The position numbers and the translations under genes are program-made. From Alphaproteobacteria bacterium (GTDB lineage: Bacteria; Pseudomonadota; Alphaproteobacteria; JBFXJJ01), in assembly GCA_050175015.1 (NCBI GenBank), contig JBFXJJ010000002.1:128001-192000 (forward strand): a DNA stretch of 64,000 bases, in the 5' to 3' direction. Below the pieces are notes generated by a model. That model searched no databases and was not told where the DNA came from. It saw nothing but the letters and a program-made list of their open reading frames with translations. Of the stretch, positions 10,543 to 22,700 are shown in pieces. The stretch's first letter is position 1. Every line of letters begins with the position of its first letter.

Positions 10543-11580
10543 ATGAATGACGACCACCCTAATACATTAGAAAAACAAACTATACAAAATCTTAAATCTT
10601 CAACTTCATTAAGTTCTGGTGAATTTAATGAATTAGATAAGATTGCGAGTATCGAGAAAAATCATCACAACAGGCAAAAAAACTCCGGACTTATCGGACG
10701 CATTTTAGGCAAAAAAACCTCTGAGGATTCTCTACGTGATGCAATCGAAGATTTAATTGAAGAAAACATTGAAGAAACCGGCTATGAAAACTTTTCTCAT
10801 CAAGAGCAAAAACTTATAGTAAATATCTTAGGACTTCATGATCTCAGAGCAATTGATGTTATGATGCCGAGAGCAGACATAATTGCCTTTCCTATTGAAA
10901 AACCATTGAAAGATTTAGTTAAATTAATGGTCGACAATGGTTTGTCCCGTGTTCCTATTTATAAAAAGACGCTTGATGACATTGTTGGGATTGTTCACGT
11001 CAAAGATATTTTAGGAAAATTGATTTCTAACAAAAAAACACCTATTGCTGAAATTTTAAACCCTAAAATAACTTTTATTTCACCAGCAATGCGCGTTTTA
11101 GATCTCCTGCGTGAAATGCAGATTAAAAGAGTTCATATGGCTATGGTTGTTGATGAATACGGCGGTATTGACGGCTTAATCACTATCGAAGATCTTGTTG
11201 AACAAATTGTCGGTGAAATTGAAGACGAACACGATGCCATAGATAAACCCAAAATTATAAAGAAAAGTGACGGCTCGATTGAAGCTGACGCTAGATCTGA
11301 GCTGGAAGATTTTGAAGAAATCGCAGGAAAAATCTTAACCGAAGAAGAACGCGAAGATGAAGATATTGACACCATCGGCGGTCTCATCACTCAAATCGCA
11401 GGACGAATTCCTGCTAGAGGTGAAGTTATAACGCACAGTTCTGGAACTCAATTCCGCATTATAGATGTTGACCCTAGAACAATTAAACGGCTTGCCGTTT
11501 TCAATCTGCCTAATAACGAACAATCTCTAAGTGATATTAGCAATAATGCTTTAAATGAAATCATAGATATAAAAAAATAA
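10543..11580 (+). CDS. CorC/HlyC CBS-domain transporter-associated protein
   Basis: SRVP, HVKD, VVDEYGG.DGL.TIEDLVEQIVGEIEDEHD. Confidence 0.92.
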   Translation: MNDDHPNTLEKQTIQNLKSSTSLSSGEFNELDKIASIEKNHHNRQKNSGLIGRILGKKTSEDSLRDAIEDLIEENIEETGYENFSHQEQKLIVNILGLHDLRAIDVMMPRADIIAFPIEKPLKDLVKLMVDNGLSRVPIYKKTLDDIVGIVHVKDILGKLISNKKTPIAEILNPKITFISPAMRVLDLLREMQIKRVHMAMVVDEYGGIDGLITIEDLVEQIVGEIEDEHDAIDKPKIIKKSDGSIEADARSELEDFEEIAGKILTEEEREDEDIDTIGGLITQIAGRIPARGEVITHSSGTQFRIIDVDPRTIKRLAVFNLPNNEQSLSDISNNALNEIIDIKK

Positions 11581-11589
11581 TTATAAAGA

Positions 11590-13167
11590 ATGATACCTAA
11601 TTATTGCAATCTTATGCTGCGTTATTTGACTAGACATAGCACCTGCTTTAGCTATTGCTTAGCTGGCTTTCTTGGTGCCGCTAGCAACTTAAGCTTCGCT
11701 CCTTACAATCATACCGCTGTAATTTTTATTGCCTTAAGCGTTATGTTTTTTATTTTAAAAAATAAAAACATAAAACAGCGCTTCCTTTTAAGTTGGACTT
11801 TTGGCTTTTTTCATTTTGCATTTGGCACTTATTGGATAATTAATGCCTTAATGAAAGATGATACCATTCCTTTATTGGTTATGCCTTTAGCTTTAGGCGG
11901 GCTTAGCTTGTTGCTCGGGCTTTACCCAGCGCTTGCTTTTTTAGGCAGCAGTTTTTTTAAAAACAACGCAGCTAAAGCTTTTGCTTTTTCTGGATTATGG
12001 ACTTTGCTTGAATGGGTTAGGAGCTGGCTTTTCACAGGCTTTCCATGGAATCCTTTAGGCAGTATTTTTGCCGCTAAAGATGAGACCATACAAGCGGCAT
12101 CTATCTTTGGTGTTTATGGCTTAAGCTTAATTACAGCCTTTACTGCGGCTATCAGTGTTTATCTTTACGACCTTGATATAAAAAGCAAAATAGAAAAATC
12201 TATGCGCTATCCATTGATTAAATATCTCGCCGCTGTTTTTACTCCCTTCTGCCTGCTTTTTTTCATCTTATATGGATATGGATATGTCCGTTTGAAATGC
12301 AACCCGACAACCTACTTCGAAAATACAAACATCAGGATCATTCAGCCTAGCATTGATCAAAAACTAAAATGGGATAGAGCTTCAATCGAAAACAATTTTC
12401 TTTCCCATTTAGAGCTAAACCTTGAAAGCGGTGCCGAAAAAAACAACGCCTTTATCTGGGGAGAAACAGCCTCACCTTATGACTTAAACCAAGACGAATA
12501 TAACCGCTACCGAGCAATCCAAACCCTTCCTATAAACTCGTTATTAATAACGGGGATTATCCGTGATGACGGTTCTAATTATTACAACTCAATGACAGTC
12601 ATTTCGAAAGAAGGCAAAGTTATTGATTACTATGATAAAACCCACCGTGTCCCTTTCGGAGAATATGTCCCATTCCGAAGCTTTAGACCTATAGGAAAAA
12701 TAACTGAAGGGTATGTTGATTTAGGCAAAGGGGCTGGTGCCAAAATTATTACGACAGATATTCTGCCACCATTTACTCCTATTATATGCTATGAAGTCAT
12801 CTTTTCTGGCGAAATAAAACCTAAAGGCCTCCAACCAAGTTGGTTTTTAAATATTACTAATGATGGTTGGTATGGTCAAAGTTCGGGACCTTATCAACAT
12901 TTAGCTGCCGCTAAAATGAGAGCTGTTGAAGAGGGGATTCCTCTTGTCAGGGTTGCCAATACTGGAATTAGCTGTATCATTGATGCCCTAGGCCGAGTCT
13001 TAAAACAAATACCTCTTAATACAAAAGATTTTGCAGATTCATCTTTGCCTCAACCAGTAAAACAAACAGCTTTTAATTTATTTGGAAATAAAATTCCACT
13101 ATTTATGGCATTTTTTATGCTTGTAATTGCAACAGTATTTTTAATAAAACCAAAAGTTAAAAAATAA
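11590..13167 (+). CDS. lnt: Apolipoprotein N-acyltransferase
   Basis: TGFPW, WGE, K...VPFGEYVP, ICYE, NDGW. Confidence 0.95.
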   Translation: MIPNYCNLMLRYLTRHSTCFSYCLAGFLGAASNLSFAPYNHTAVIFIALSVMFFILKNKNIKQRFLLSWTFGFFHFAFGTYWIINALMKDDTIPLLVMPLALGGLSLLLGLYPALAFLGSSFFKNNAAKAFAFSGLWTLLEWVRSWLFTGFPWNPLGSIFAAKDETIQAASIFGVYGLSLITAFTAAISVYLYDLDIKSKIEKSMRYPLIKYLAAVFTPFCLLFFILYGYGYVRLKCNPTTYFENTNIRIIQPSIDQKLKWDRASIENNFLSHLELNLESGAEKNNAFIWGETASPYDLNQDEYNRYRAIQTLPINSLLITGIIRDDGSNYYNSMTVISKEGKVIDYYDKTHRVPFGEYVPFRSFRPIGKITEGYVDLGKGAGAKIITTDILPPFTPIICYEVIFSGEIKPKGLQPSWFLNITNDGWYGQSSGPYQHLAAAKMRAVEEGIPLVRVANTGISCIIDALGRVLKQIPLNTKDFADSSLPQPVKQTAFNLFGNKIPLFMAFFMLVIATVFLIKPKVKK

Positions 13168-13352
13168 ATCAAATTTTAATTTATTTTTACGTTTTTAGAA
13201 CGGTTTTAATTTATTGCTATCCATTAATTTTTACTATATACTGTTTTAGTAACTTTTTGGGGGGAGGAGGAGTTAAATCAAGCAAATGCTTTTTTACAAG
13301 CATCTGCTCGTCTGTCTTAACTCTGACTAACCGACATCAGGGTGTAAAAAAA

Positions 13353-13838
13353 ATGACGAAAGAAAAACAAAAACATAGAGCCTTTTCAAGGGGCCGCACG
13401 GCTAAGGGAGAACCTAATCCCATTGACGTTCATGTCGGTGGAAGGGTAAGACTTAGAAGAACTTTGCTTGGTATGAGCCAAGAAAAACTAGCTTCTATTT
13501 TGGGGCTTACATTTCAACAAGTACAAAAATACGAACGGGGAATGAACCGCATCGGAGCGAGTCGCCTCTGGGACTTAAGTAATGTTTTAAGAGTTCCTGT
13601 ATCTTTCTTTTTCGAAGAGATAAATCAGGAAACGGCTAACCAAAGTCCTCGTATGATTATCACAGAAAATGCCGAAGTATTCGAATTACAAGAAGAGCCA
13701 TCGCCATACGAAACTGATCCTATGAGCAAAAAAGAAACTCTGGAATTAGTGAAAGCTTATTACAAAATAAGTAATCAAAAAATAGCTAAGAATTTATACG
13801 AACTTATTATGGCTCTTAGCAAAAACTCAGAAGAATAA
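13353..13838 (+). CDS. XRE-family HTH regulator (alphaproteobacterial type found between lnt and metK)
   Basis: DVHVG.RVRLRR, GMSQEKL, TFQQVQKYERG.NR; start placed at ATG 13353. Confidence 0.88.
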   Translation: MTKEKQKHRAFSRGRTAKGEPNPIDVHVGGRVRLRRTLLGMSQEKLASILGLTFQQVQKYERGMNRIGASRLWDLSNVLRVPVSFFFEEINQETANQSPRMIITENAEVFELQEEPSPYETDPMSKKETLELVKAYYKISNQKIAKNLYELIMALSKNSEE

Positions 13839-13859
13839 TTTAAGAAGAATCAATAATTA

Positions 13860-13900
13860 AATAATGCCTTTCTTAAGTAGATAAGAAAGGCATTATTTTT
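13860..13900 (+). terminator. Intrinsic terminator
   Basis: aataatgcctttctt-N8-aagaaaggcattatt followed by T-tract. Confidence 0.8.
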
Positions 13901-13986
13901 GTTTTTTTAAACTGGATACTTGATTTTTATTTTCTATGTGCTTAAAAGAAATATCTTTTTAATTTAAAAAATAGGTGGTCTTTTTA

Positions 13987-15162
13987 ATGATAATGAATAA
14001 AAAAGAATTCTTGTTTACTAGTGAATCTGTTTCAGAAGGACACCCAGATAAGGTTTGCGATAGAATTTCAGATTCAATAGTTGACCTTTTCCTTGGTAAA
14101 GATCCTAATGCAAGAGTTGCTGTTGAAACATTAGCGACAACTAACCGTGTTGTTCTTGCTGGTGAAGTTAGAGCTAATTTTGAAATTAATCCTAAACAGC
14201 TTGAAGACGCTGCTAGGAATGCGGTTAAAGAAATCGGATATGAACAAGACGGCTTCCATTGGAAAAATATGGTTGTTGAAAATCATATTCACAGTCAATC
14301 TGCAGATATCGCCCTTGGGGTTGATACTGATGGCGCAGGAGACCAAGGAATTATGTTTGGTTTTGCTGTTAAAGAGGACTTGGGAGATGACTACAAAGGT
14401 GATTATATGCCTGCTCCTATCCATTTTTCACATCATATTTTAAGATCTATGGCTGAAGCTCGTCACTCTGGTGAAACTCCTGAATTTTTACCTGATGCTA
14501 AAAGCCAAGTTACATTAAAATATGTTGATGGCAAACCTGTTGGTACAACTTCTATTGTTGTTTCAACTCAACACACCGCAGATGTTGACCAGAAAAAGAT
14601 TAGAGAGCTTGTTCGCCCTCATGTTCTAAAAGTCCTTCCAGAAGGCTGGATGTGTGATGAAGATCAGTTCTACGTTAATCCAACTGGACGCTTTGTAATC
14701 GGCGGCCCTGATGGCGACTGCGGTCTCACAGGACGCAAAATTATTGTTGATACTTACGGCGGTATGGCTCCTCACGGCGGCGGCGCTTTTTCAGGTAAAG
14801 ATCCAACCAAAGTTGACCGTTCAGCAGCTTATGTTTCCCGTTATTTAGCTAAAAACGTTGTGGCTTCTGGTTTAGCAAAAAGCTGTCTGATTCAGCTTTC
14901 TTATGCTATCGGTGTTGCCAAGCCTTTGTCTTTATACTTAGACTGCAACGGAACAGCTAAAGTTGATGAAGCAAAAATTGCAGATGTTTTAACTGAATTA
15001 GTTGATTTAACTCCAAAGGGAATTATCAAACATCTCAATCTTAGAAACCCAATTTACAAAATCACCTCTTCTTATGGCCACTTTGGCCGCAAACCTAGAG
15101 AAGACGGCAGTTTTTCTTGGGAAAAAACTGACTTAGTCGACGATCTTAAGAATGCTTTCTAA
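13987..15162 (+). CDS. metK: S-adenosylmethionine synthetase
   Basis: [26 protein letters not shown]. Confidence 0.98.
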   Translation: MIMNKKEFLFTSESVSEGHPDKVCDRISDSIVDLFLGKDPNARVAVETLATTNRVVLAGEVRANFEINPKQLEDAARNAVKEIGYEQDGFHWKNMVVENHIHSQSADIALGVDTDGAGDQGIMFGFAVKEDLGDDYKGDYMPAPIHFSHHILRSMAEARHSGETPEFLPDAKSQVTLKYVDGKPVGTTSIVVSTQHTADVDQKKIRELVRPHVLKVLPEGWMCDEDQFYVNPTGRFVIGGPDGDCGLTGRKIIVDTYGGMAPHGGGAFSGKDPTKVDRSAAYVSRYLAKNVVASGLAKSCLIQLSYAIGVAKPLSLYLDCNGTAKVDEAKIADVLTELVDLTPKGIIKHLNLRNPIYKITSSYGHFGRKPREDGSFSWEKTDLVDDLKNAF

Positions 15163-15898
15163 AGATACTAAAACTAAGTTTTATGGTCGAAGGCAAGGTA
15201 AGAAAATACGCCAGCCTAGAGTTAATCTTTTAAAGAATCTCTTACCGCAAATTGCGATTAATAAGAATTCTTTAAAAGATACCATAGATATAAATAATCT
15301 TTTTTCTTTTAAACCAGAACAATTATGGCTTGAAGTAGGCTTTGGCGGTGGAGAACATACCTCAGAGCAAGCTTTAAATAATCCTAAAACAGCTATTATT
15401 GCCTCTGAAGTATTTGTAAACGGCATCGCCAGCCTACTGGCTCACTTAGCAGGAACCCATAGTGATGGGACTATTCTTGATGATGAGAGCTGTTCCTTAG
15501 AAACGCGCCGTTCAGACAATGTCCGCATATTTCCAGATGATGTAAGACTTCTTTTTCCCTTTTTACCTGATGCTTGTTTTGACCGTATCTTTGTCTTATT
15601 CCCAGATCCTTGGCCTAAAAAGAGACACGCCTTAAGAAGATTTATTGGCCCTGACAATCTTCCTGAATTGAGACGTCTATTAAAAGTTGGCGGAGAACTA
15701 AGGGTTGCCAGTGATGATATGAATTATATCAGATGGAGCCTAGAGCATCTTAACAAAAATCCTTATTTTGAATGGCTTGCAACCAACCATTTAGACTGGA
15801 AAACCCCTCCTAAAGACTGGGTTCAAACAAGATACGAGCAAAAAGCTCTAAGCAAAGGTGATAAACCTGTTTATTTGCGCTTTCAAAAAAAATCTTAG
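15152..15898 (+). CDS. trmB: tRNA (guanine-N7)-methyltransferase
   Basis: [25 protein letters not shown]. Confidence 0.95.
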   Translation: MLSKDTKTKFYGRRQGKKIRQPRVNLLKNLLPQIAINKNSLKDTIDINNLFSFKPEQLWLEVGFGGGEHTSEQALNNPKTAIIASEVFVNGIASLLAHLAGTHSDGTILDDESCSLETRRSDNVRIFPDDVRLLFPFLPDACFDRIFVLFPDPWPKKRHALRRFIGPDNLPELRRLLKVGGELRVASDDMNYIRWSLEHLNKNPYFEWLATNHLDWKTPPKDWVQTRYEQKALSKGDKPVYLRFQKKS

Positions 15899-15986
15899 GA
15901 TAATTTTATAAAAAACTTTATTTTTCGTTATTTTATGCTATATGTATAAATGCTTTCAGAAAATATTTTCCCAATCGGGACTTTGG

Positions 15987-16021
15987 AAGTGGGCTTTTCG
16001 TTTGTTTAGCCCGCTTTTTTT
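15987..16021 (+). promoter_or_regulatory. rimP leader hairpin/attenuator
   Basis: gtgggct...agcccgc plus T-tract just upstream of rimP, the usual position and GGGC/GCCC stem of rimP leaders. Confidence 0.65.
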
Positions 16022-16068
16022 ATTATCTGAAAATCAGGTTAGAAACTATTAGTTTTTAAGGACAAAAA

Positions 16069-16554
16069 ATGGAACTTAACCACAAAATTGAGGAGATTAT
16101 ATCTCCTGTTTTAGAAAATTTAGGATACGAGCTGGTCAGAGTTCAGCTTTTAGGTACCGTGCGCCAAACCCTTCAGATTATGGCAGAACGCAAAGACGAA
16201 CAAGCTATGGCTATTGAAGATTGTACCGCTATAAGCCGAGCAATATCTCCTATTCTTGATGTTGAAGATCCTATAAGCAGCAGCTATTCTCTTGAAGTAA
16301 GCTCTCCTGGCGTCAACCGTCCTTTAACTAAACCTGTGGACTTTGTCCGTTTTAAAGGACTTAATGTCAAAGTTGAAACTAAGAGCTTTATCGAAAAGCG
16401 CAAAAAATTTAATGGAATTTTAAAAGATTTTACTGAAGACAATACCGTCGTTATCGCTATTGAAGAGGAAATTTTTAACATTCCTTATGAAGATATCCGC
16501 AGTGCTAAATTAGCTATCGCTGACAATCTTCTAAAAAAACAACCCAAAAAATAA
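16069..16554 (+). CDS. rimP: Ribosome maturation factor
   Basis: LEVSSPG.NRPL; precedes nusA. Confidence 0.96.
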   Translation: MELNHKIEEIISPVLENLGYELVRVQLLGTVRQTLQIMAERKDEQAMAIEDCTAISRAISPILDVEDPISSSYSLEVSSPGVNRPLTKPVDFVRFKGLNVKVETKSFIEKRKKFNGILKDFTEDNTVVIAIEEEIFNIPYEDIRSAKLAIADNLLKKQPKK

Positions 16555-16604
16555 TTGTTTATTAATCAAATTTTTTAAGGAGCGTCCTAAAGGTCGAAAA
16601 TACA

Positions 16605-18116
16605 ATGGAAAATACAGCATCTTTGCCACGTCTTGAACTTTTACAAGTAGCAGATACCGTCGCCCGAGACAAAGGAATTGACCGTAATGAAGTTTTGGAA
16701 GCAATGGAACAAGCCATACAAAAAGCTGGCAGATCTCGTTACGGATTAGAACATGATATTAGAGCAACTATAAATCGCAAAACCGGCGAAATTAAGTTGA
16801 TGAGATACCTTGAAGTTGTTGAAGTTATTGAAAACGAGATGACACAAATTACTTTAGATAAAGCTCTAAAAAAAGATGCCAACATTAAAATTGGTGAATT
16901 TTTAATTGATATTCTGCCTCCTATTGACTTTGGTCGAATTGCAGCTCAAACCGCTAAGCAAGTTATTGTACAAAGAGTTAGAGATGCCGAACGCAAACGC
17001 CAATTCCTCGAATATCAAAATAAAGTTGGCGAACTTATTAACGGTGTTGTTAAAAGAGTTGAATTTGGTAATATTGTTGTTGATTTAGGTAAAGCTGAAG
17101 CTGTTTTACAAAGAGATGAAATGATTCCTCGTGAAACATTCCGCAACGGCGACCGCATAAGAGCATATATTCTTGATGTTAGAGAAGAGCCAAGAGGCCC
17201 TCAAATCTTTTTATCAAGAACCTGCCCTCAATTTATGTCAAAGCTTTTCACTCAAGAAGTTCCTGAAATTTATGACAACATTATTGAAATCAAATCAGTT
17301 GCCAGAGATCCTGGATCTAGGGCTAAAATTGCCGTTTATTCCAAAGACAGCTCTATTGATCCTGTTGGTGCTTGTGTTGGTATGAGAGGAACACGTGTTC
17401 AAGCTGTAATCAGCGAACTCCAAGGTGAAAAAATTGATATCGTGTCTTGGTCTCCAGATCAGGCAAGTTTTATTGTTAACGCTTTAGCCCCTGCTGAAGT
17501 TGCTAAAGTTGTTATTGATGAAGACAACACCAAAATTGAAGTTGTTGTTCCTGATGATCAGTTGTCTCTTGCTATCGGTCGTAGAGGTCAAAACGTAAGG
17601 CTTGCTTCACAGCTTACCGCCTGCAACATTGATATTTTGACTGAAAAAGAAGAGTCCGAAAGACGCCAAAATGAAGTTAAAGTATTGTCCAACCGCTTTA
17701 TTGAAGCCTTAGATGTTGACGATGTTATTGCTCATTTATTGGTTGCTGAAGGTTTTGCTTCGGTTGAAGAAGTTGCTTTCGTTCCTTTGGAAGAAATCAC
17801 TGAAATTGAAGGCTTTGATGAAGATGTTGCTGCAGAACTTCAAAATCGTGCCAAAGTCTTTATTGAAAACGAAAATGCTGAACTTGAAAAGAGAAGAAAA
17901 GAGCTTGATATCAGTGCCGATTTATTAAAAATTTCTGAACTCAAGCTTCCTATGATGATTGCTCTTGGAGAAAACGGCATAAAAACTCTTGATGACTTGG
18001 GCGACTTAGCTAGTGATGAGCTTATTGAAATTCTTGGTGATGATAAAGTTACAGTTGAAGAAGCAAACAATATCATTATGCAAGCTCGTGAACACTGGTT
18101 TGAAGAAGAAAAATAG
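16605..18116 (+). CDS. nusA: Transcription termination factor NusA
   Basis: FGRIAAQTAKQ, ARDPGSRAK, AIGRRGQNVRLA. Confidence 0.98.
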   Translation: MENTASLPRLELLQVADTVARDKGIDRNEVLEAMEQAIQKAGRSRYGLEHDIRATINRKTGEIKLMRYLEVVEVIENEMTQITLDKALKKDANIKIGEFLIDILPPIDFGRIAAQTAKQVIVQRVRDAERKRQFLEYQNKVGELINGVVKRVEFGNIVVDLGKAEAVLQRDEMIPRETFRNGDRIRAYILDVREEPRGPQIFLSRTCPQFMSKLFTQEVPEIYDNIIEIKSVARDPGSRAKIAVYSKDSSIDPVGACVGMRGTRVQAVISELQGEKIDIVSWSPDQASFIVNALAPAEVAKVVIDEDNTKIEVVVPDDQLSLAIGRRGQNVRLASQLTACNIDILTEKEESERRQNEVKVLSNRFIEALDVDDVIAHLLVAEGFASVEEVAFVPLEEITEIEGFDEDVAAELQNRAKVFIENENAELEKRRKELDISADLLKISELKLPMMIALGENGIKTLDDLGDLASDELIEILGDDKVTVEEANNIIMQAREHWFEEEK

Positions 18117-18152
18117 AATTAGATTTATTTTAACAAAGCGAAACATTATTTA

Positions 18153-18758
18153 ATGGTAGAAACAGATTTCAAAAAAGAAAAATTGTGCGAAAGGAAATGC
18201 ATTGTAACAGGTGCATCTCTTACCAAAGAAGAAATGATTCGCTTTGTTATCGATCCTAAAGGAGAAATCATTCCTGACATTTATGAAAAAATTGACGGGC
18301 GAGGTTTTTGGGTTTCAGCGTCAAAAACTAAAATTGAAACGGCAATTAACAAAAAACTTTTTGCGAAAGCAAGCCATAAAAAAGTAAATGCCAGCATAGA
18401 TATAATTCCATTAATCGAAAAGCTGTTAAAACAGAAATGCTTAAATCTTATAGGCTTTTCAAAAAAAGCTTCTTCTTTAATTGCTGGATTTGAAAAAGTA
18501 AAAGTTGCTTTAAAAAAAAGAGAAGTTTATTTATTAATAATAGCAAGTAATGGGAAAGAAAACGGCATAAAAAAGATATCGCCTTTTATTGAACCTGATG
18601 TTCCTGTTATCAATGTCTTTGACTCTGAAGAACTTGGACATATAATCGGCAAAGACGATACCGTTTTTATTGCGATTAAAAAGTCGACAATTGCAGAAAA
18701 ACTTTTTGCCGAAATAAAACGTTTCTATAACTTTATAGAAAAAGAACTTAACAATTAA
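18153..18758 (+). CDS. YlxR/DUF448 plus L7Ae-like RNA-binding protein
   Basis: RKCIVT, IRFV, GRGFWV; between nusA and infB. Confidence 0.85.
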   Translation: MVETDFKKEKLCERKCIVTGASLTKEEMIRFVIDPKGEIIPDIYEKIDGRGFWVSASKTKIETAINKKLFAKASHKKVNASIDIIPLIEKLLKQKCLNLIGFSKKASSLIAGFEKVKVALKKREVYLLIIASNGKENGIKKISPFIEPDVPVINVFDSEELGHIIGKDDTVFIAIKKSTIAEKLFAEIKRFYNFIEKELNN

Positions 18759-18804
18759 AACAATCTCTAAAAAGATCTAGAGAAATGGAGCAAAACTTAA
18801 AAAT

Positions 18805-21327
18805 ATGACTGATTCGAATAACAAAACTGGCAAAAAACCTCTTACCCTTTCAAGCAAAGGTACTTTGGAGTTGAAGAAATCCGTTGATGGTCAAGATAAG
18901 ATACGTCAAAATTTTACGCATGGACGCTCCAAATCTGTAACGGTTGAGGTTAGAAAAAAACGCAATATTATTGCAGGCGAAAATTCTAAAGACGATGCTT
19001 TAGTTATTGATGATGAAAAAGCTCATAAAATTAAGCTCGTTCAAGATGCACAGCGCCTAAGAGAAGAAGAAGATGCTAAACGTCTCAAAGAAGAACAAGA
19101 ACAAAAAGAACGTGAAGAAAAACGTCTTCAAGCTGAAGAAGAAGCTCGCAAGCTTCAAGCTGAAATAGAGCTTTCGTCTCAAAAAGAAGCCGCTAAAGTA
19201 GCAGAAACTACAGCTGGAGCTGAAGAGAAAAAAGAAGACAAAGCACCTGTTGTTGAAGTTCCTACTGTAGAAAACATAGATGATGCAGACAAGGCTGAAA
19301 AAGAAAAATTCAAAGCCAAAGAAATCGGCAAAAAACGTCCTTTCGACGAAAGCGATGATGCTGATGACGATAGCAACAAAGACAAAGCTTCTAAAATGAA
19401 AATCACCAAAAAAGTTGTTGGTGAAAAAAGACGCTCCGGAAAAATTACAATATCTTCTGTTATCAATGATGATTTTCAAGATGAAAGAGAGCGCTCACTT
19501 GCTTCATTGAAACGTGCTAGACGTAAAGAAAAAATGAAGCAGGAGAAAAAGCCTTTAGAGAAGGTTATTCGTGAAGTTGTTATTCCTGAAACAATGACGG
19601 TACAAGAACTTGCCAACCGTATGTCTGAAAGAGGAGCTGTTGTTATAAAATCTCTTATGGGAATGGGCGTAATGGCAACAATTAATCAAGTGATTGATGC
19701 CGATACCGCACAATTGGTTGTTGAGGAACTAGGTCATAAATTTAAACGTGTTTCAGATGCTGACGTTGAAGATTCATTAATCCAAATGGAAGATACTGAA
19801 GAAAACACTGAATCACGTTCTCCTGTTGTTACGGTTATGGGACACGTTGACCACGGTAAAACTAAATTGTTAGATGCTTTCCGTTCAACAAATGTTGCCG
19901 AAGGCGAAGCTGGCGGCATTACCCAACATATTGGTGCATATCAGGTAAAAATCCCAACTGGTGAAAAAATTACCTTCATCGATACTCCGGGACACGCAGC
20001 ATTTACAGCAATGCGTGCTCGTGGTGCTAAAGTTACGGATATTGTTGTCCTTGTCGTTGCTGCTAATGACGGTATTATGCCTCAGACAATTGAAGCTATT
20101 AGGCACGCAAAAGCGGCTGAAGTTCCTATTGTTGTTGCGATAAATAAAATTGACTTGCCAGCAGCTAATCCTGCTAAGGTTAAAAATGACTTATTACAAG
20201 AAGGTCTTGTTGTCGAAGAAATGGGCGGTGATGTTTTGTGCGTTGAAATTTCAGCAAAACAAAAAATCAATTTAGATAAACTTTTAGAAGCTATTGTTCT
20301 GCAATCTGAAATTCTTGCTTTAAAAGCTAATTACAAACGTCCAGCCAATGGCGTTGTTATTGAAGCAAAAATGGATAAAGGCAGAGGTTCAGTTGCTACT
20401 ATTTTGGTACAAGGCGGTACGTTAAGAGTTGGCGACATCTTTGTAACAGGTAAAGAATGGGGCAAAGTTAGAGCTTTGGTTAATGAAACAGGACAATCAA
20501 TCAAACAAGTTATCCCTTCACAGCCTGTTGAAGTTGTTGGACTTCAAGGAACCCCACAAGCTGGTGATGACTTTATTGTTGTAACCGAGGGTGAAGCTAA
20601 AGCCAGAGAAATATCGTTGTATCGTCAACGCAAAGAACGTGAAGCATCTATGGTCAAATCTGCCCGTAGTACAATGGATCAAATGCTGGCAAGAATTAAA
20701 GCTGGTGAAACTAAAGAAGTTGCCGTTCTTATTAAAGGTGATGTTCAAGGTTCGATTGAAGCTTTAACTGGCGTTCTTAATGATTTGTCAAATGATGAAG
20801 TTAAAATAAATATCCTCCATTCTGCGGTTGGCGGTATTAATGAATCTGACGTAACCCTTGCTAGAGCATCTAATGCTATTATCATCGGATTTAATGTCAG
20901 AGCGAACCCACAAGCAAGATCGCTTGCACGCAGAGATGCTGTTGATATTCGTTATTATTCAATCATTTATGATGTTGTTGATGATATTAAACGTGCTCTT
21001 GAAAGCAAACTTACACCTGAACTCAAAGAAAACATCATTGGCTATGCTGAAATTCGTGAAGTCTTCAACATTACCAAAACAGGCAAAGTTGCAGGCTGTA
21101 TGATTTCTGAAGGCACTGTAAAACGTGGTGCCAAAGTCCGCTTATTGCGTAACGATGTTGTTATTCACGATGGCGTTCTATCTCAATTAAAACGCTTCAA
21201 AGATGACGTTCGTGAAGTTCGTGAAGGTTATGAATGCGGTATGTCTTTTGAAAATTACAATGACATTCAAAAAGGTGACTTTATTGAATGTTATGAAATT
21301 GAAGAAATTGCCGCTAAATTATCATAA
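18805..21327 (+). CDS. infB: Translation initiation factor IF-2
   Basis: [17 protein letters not shown]. Confidence 0.98.
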   Translation: MTDSNNKTGKKPLTLSSKGTLELKKSVDGQDKIRQNFTHGRSKSVTVEVRKKRNIIAGENSKDDALVIDDEKAHKIKLVQDAQRLREEEDAKRLKEEQEQKEREEKRLQAEEEARKLQAEIELSSQKEAAKVAETTAGAEEKKEDKAPVVEVPTVENIDDADKAEKEKFKAKEIGKKRPFDESDDADDDSNKDKASKMKITKKVVGEKRRSGKITISSVINDDFQDERERSLASLKRARRKEKMKQEKKPLEKVIREVVIPETMTVQELANRMSERGAVVIKSLMGMGVMATINQVIDADTAQLVVEELGHKFKRVSDADVEDSLIQMEDTEENTESRSPVVTVMGHVDHGKTKLLDAFRSTNVAEGEAGGITQHIGAYQVKIPTGEKITFIDTPGHAAFTAMRARGAKVTDIVVLVVAANDGIMPQTIEAIRHAKAAEVPIVVAINKIDLPAANPAKVKNDLLQEGLVVEEMGGDVLCVEISAKQKINLDKLLEAIVLQSEILALKANYKRPANGVVIEAKMDKGRGSVATILVQGGTLRVGDIFVTGKEWGKVRALVNETGQSIKQVIPSQPVEVVGLQGTPQAGDDFIVVTEGEAKAREISLYRQRKEREASMVKSARSTMDQMLARIKAGETKEVAVLIKGDVQGSIEALTGVLNDLSNDEVKINILHSAVGGINESDVTLARASNAIIIGFNVRANPQARSLARRDAVDIRYYSIIYDVVDDIKRALESKLTPELKENIIGYAEIREVFNITKTGKVAGCMISEGTVKRGAKVRLLRNDVVIHDGVLSQLKRFKDDVREVREGYECGMSFENYNDIQKGDFIECYEIEEIAAKLS

Positions 21328-21350
21328 AATGATTGCTTGATGAGAAAAAA

Positions 21351-21758
21351 ATGAGAACTAAACAACCAAGCCAACGTCAACTTAGAGTTGGAGAAGAGAT
21401 TCGACATATTTTATCTGATGTTCTAGCCAGACAAAATATCCATCATCCTTTGATCTATGGAAAATTGATAACAATTACTGAAGTTAAAGTTTCTCCAGAT
21501 TTAAAAAATGCCATCGCTTTCGTTATGTCTTCTAGCAATAATGATATCGATTCGATTTTAGAAGGTCTTGAAACCAGTAAAAAATATTTTAAACAAGAAT
21601 TAGCAAAAACCTTGCGCTTAAGGTTTATGCCTGAATTAAAATTTGTTTATGATAATAGACTCGAAGAAGCACTGCGGATAGAAAATCTTTTAAATCTGCC
21701 CGATGTTGTACGTGACTTGAAAAAAGATGCAGATGCAAACGGGGACAGTATCCTTTAA
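21351..21758 (+). CDS. rbfA: Ribosome-binding factor A
   Basis: RQLRVGEEIR, SPDLK.A, LRF.PEL.F.YD; start uncertain (TTG 21333 or ATG 21351). Confidence 0.93.
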   Translation: MRTKQPSQRQLRVGEEIRHILSDVLARQNIHHPLIYGKLITITEVKVSPDLKNAIAFVMSSSNNDIDSILEGLETSKKYFKQELAKTLRLRFMPELKFVYDNRLEEALRIENLLNLPDVVRDLKKDADANGDSIL

Positions 21759-22676
21759 ATGGCAAAGAAAAAAGGGATTCCACTCAATGGTTGGCTTTGT
21801 TTAGATAAGCCTTACGGCATTAGTTCTAACAATGCTCTTCAGATTGTTAAAAGGATTTTAAATCCTCAAAAAATAGGACATAGCGGTACGCTTGATCCTC
21901 TAGCTTCTGGTATCCTGCCCATAGCTTTGGGCGAAGCTACCAAAACGGTTGCTTATGCTATGGATAATGAGAAAACCTATGTTTTTACCATAACCTTTGG
22001 TGAGGAACGTTCAACAGGAGATGCTGAAGGCGAAGTTATTGCCACTTCAAAAGTCATACCCAACAAAGATGATGTTGCTTCTGTTTTAGCTGGTTTTACT
22101 GGCAAAATAACCCAAACACCGCCAAAGTTTTCAGCTTTAAAAATAAATGGTAAACGAGCCTATGATTTAGCGCGGAACAATGAAGATTTCGAACTGCCTC
22201 AAAGAGAAGTTCTTATAAAGAGTTTAGAAATTATTGCTTCTACAGAAGAAAATTCTAATCAAATAACTTTAAAAACCACCTGTGGAAAGGGAACCTATGT
22301 CAGGTCTCTGGCTATGGATATTGCAGAAAAACTTGGTTCAAAGGGCTATGTTTCCTACTTAAGACGAACCAAAGTTGGATTTTTTTGCGAAAAAAATGCA
22401 ATTTTGCTGGATAAAATTGAAACATTAGGGCATATTGCAAGTGTGGAGGAGTTTCTATTGCCTGTTGAGACAGCGCTGACCGACATCTCGGCCCTCGCCT
22501 TATCAGACGAAGAAGCTCTTGACCTGAAGAAAGGCAAAGCTGTTGTCTGCAAAGCTGCAAACTTTGAAAACCTTACTCAAAATGAGATAGCCTATGCTCT
22601 TAATCAAGATAAGCTTGTCGCTATTGTAAGGAAAAACGATAACTTTGTTGTCCCTATTCGGGTTATGAATTATTAA
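21759..22676 (+). CDS. truB: tRNA pseudouridine(55) synthase
   Basis: GHSGTLDP, PPKFSALK.NG, KGTYVRS. Confidence 0.97.
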   Translation: MAKKKGIPLNGWLCLDKPYGISSNNALQIVKRILNPQKIGHSGTLDPLASGILPIALGEATKTVAYAMDNEKTYVFTITFGEERSTGDAEGEVIATSKVIPNKDDVASVLAGFTGKITQTPPKFSALKINGKRAYDLARNNEDFELPQREVLIKSLEIIASTEENSNQITLKTTCGKGTYVRSLAMDIAEKLGSKGYVSYLRRTKVGFFCEKNAILLDKIETLGHIASVEEFLLPVETALTDISALALSDEEALDLKKGKAVVCKAANFENLTQNEIAYALNQDKLVAIVRKNDNFVVPIRVMNY

Positions 22677-22700
22677 ACAATATATTTTAAGGAGAAATCG

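Noticed and set aside
13257-13352. Upstream extensions called for the XRE gene (also miaB 7561, csp 59552, metE 60254, 48803, 48189, 28228)
   Set aside because: Longest-ORF artefacts; downstream ATGs fit family starts or have RBSs
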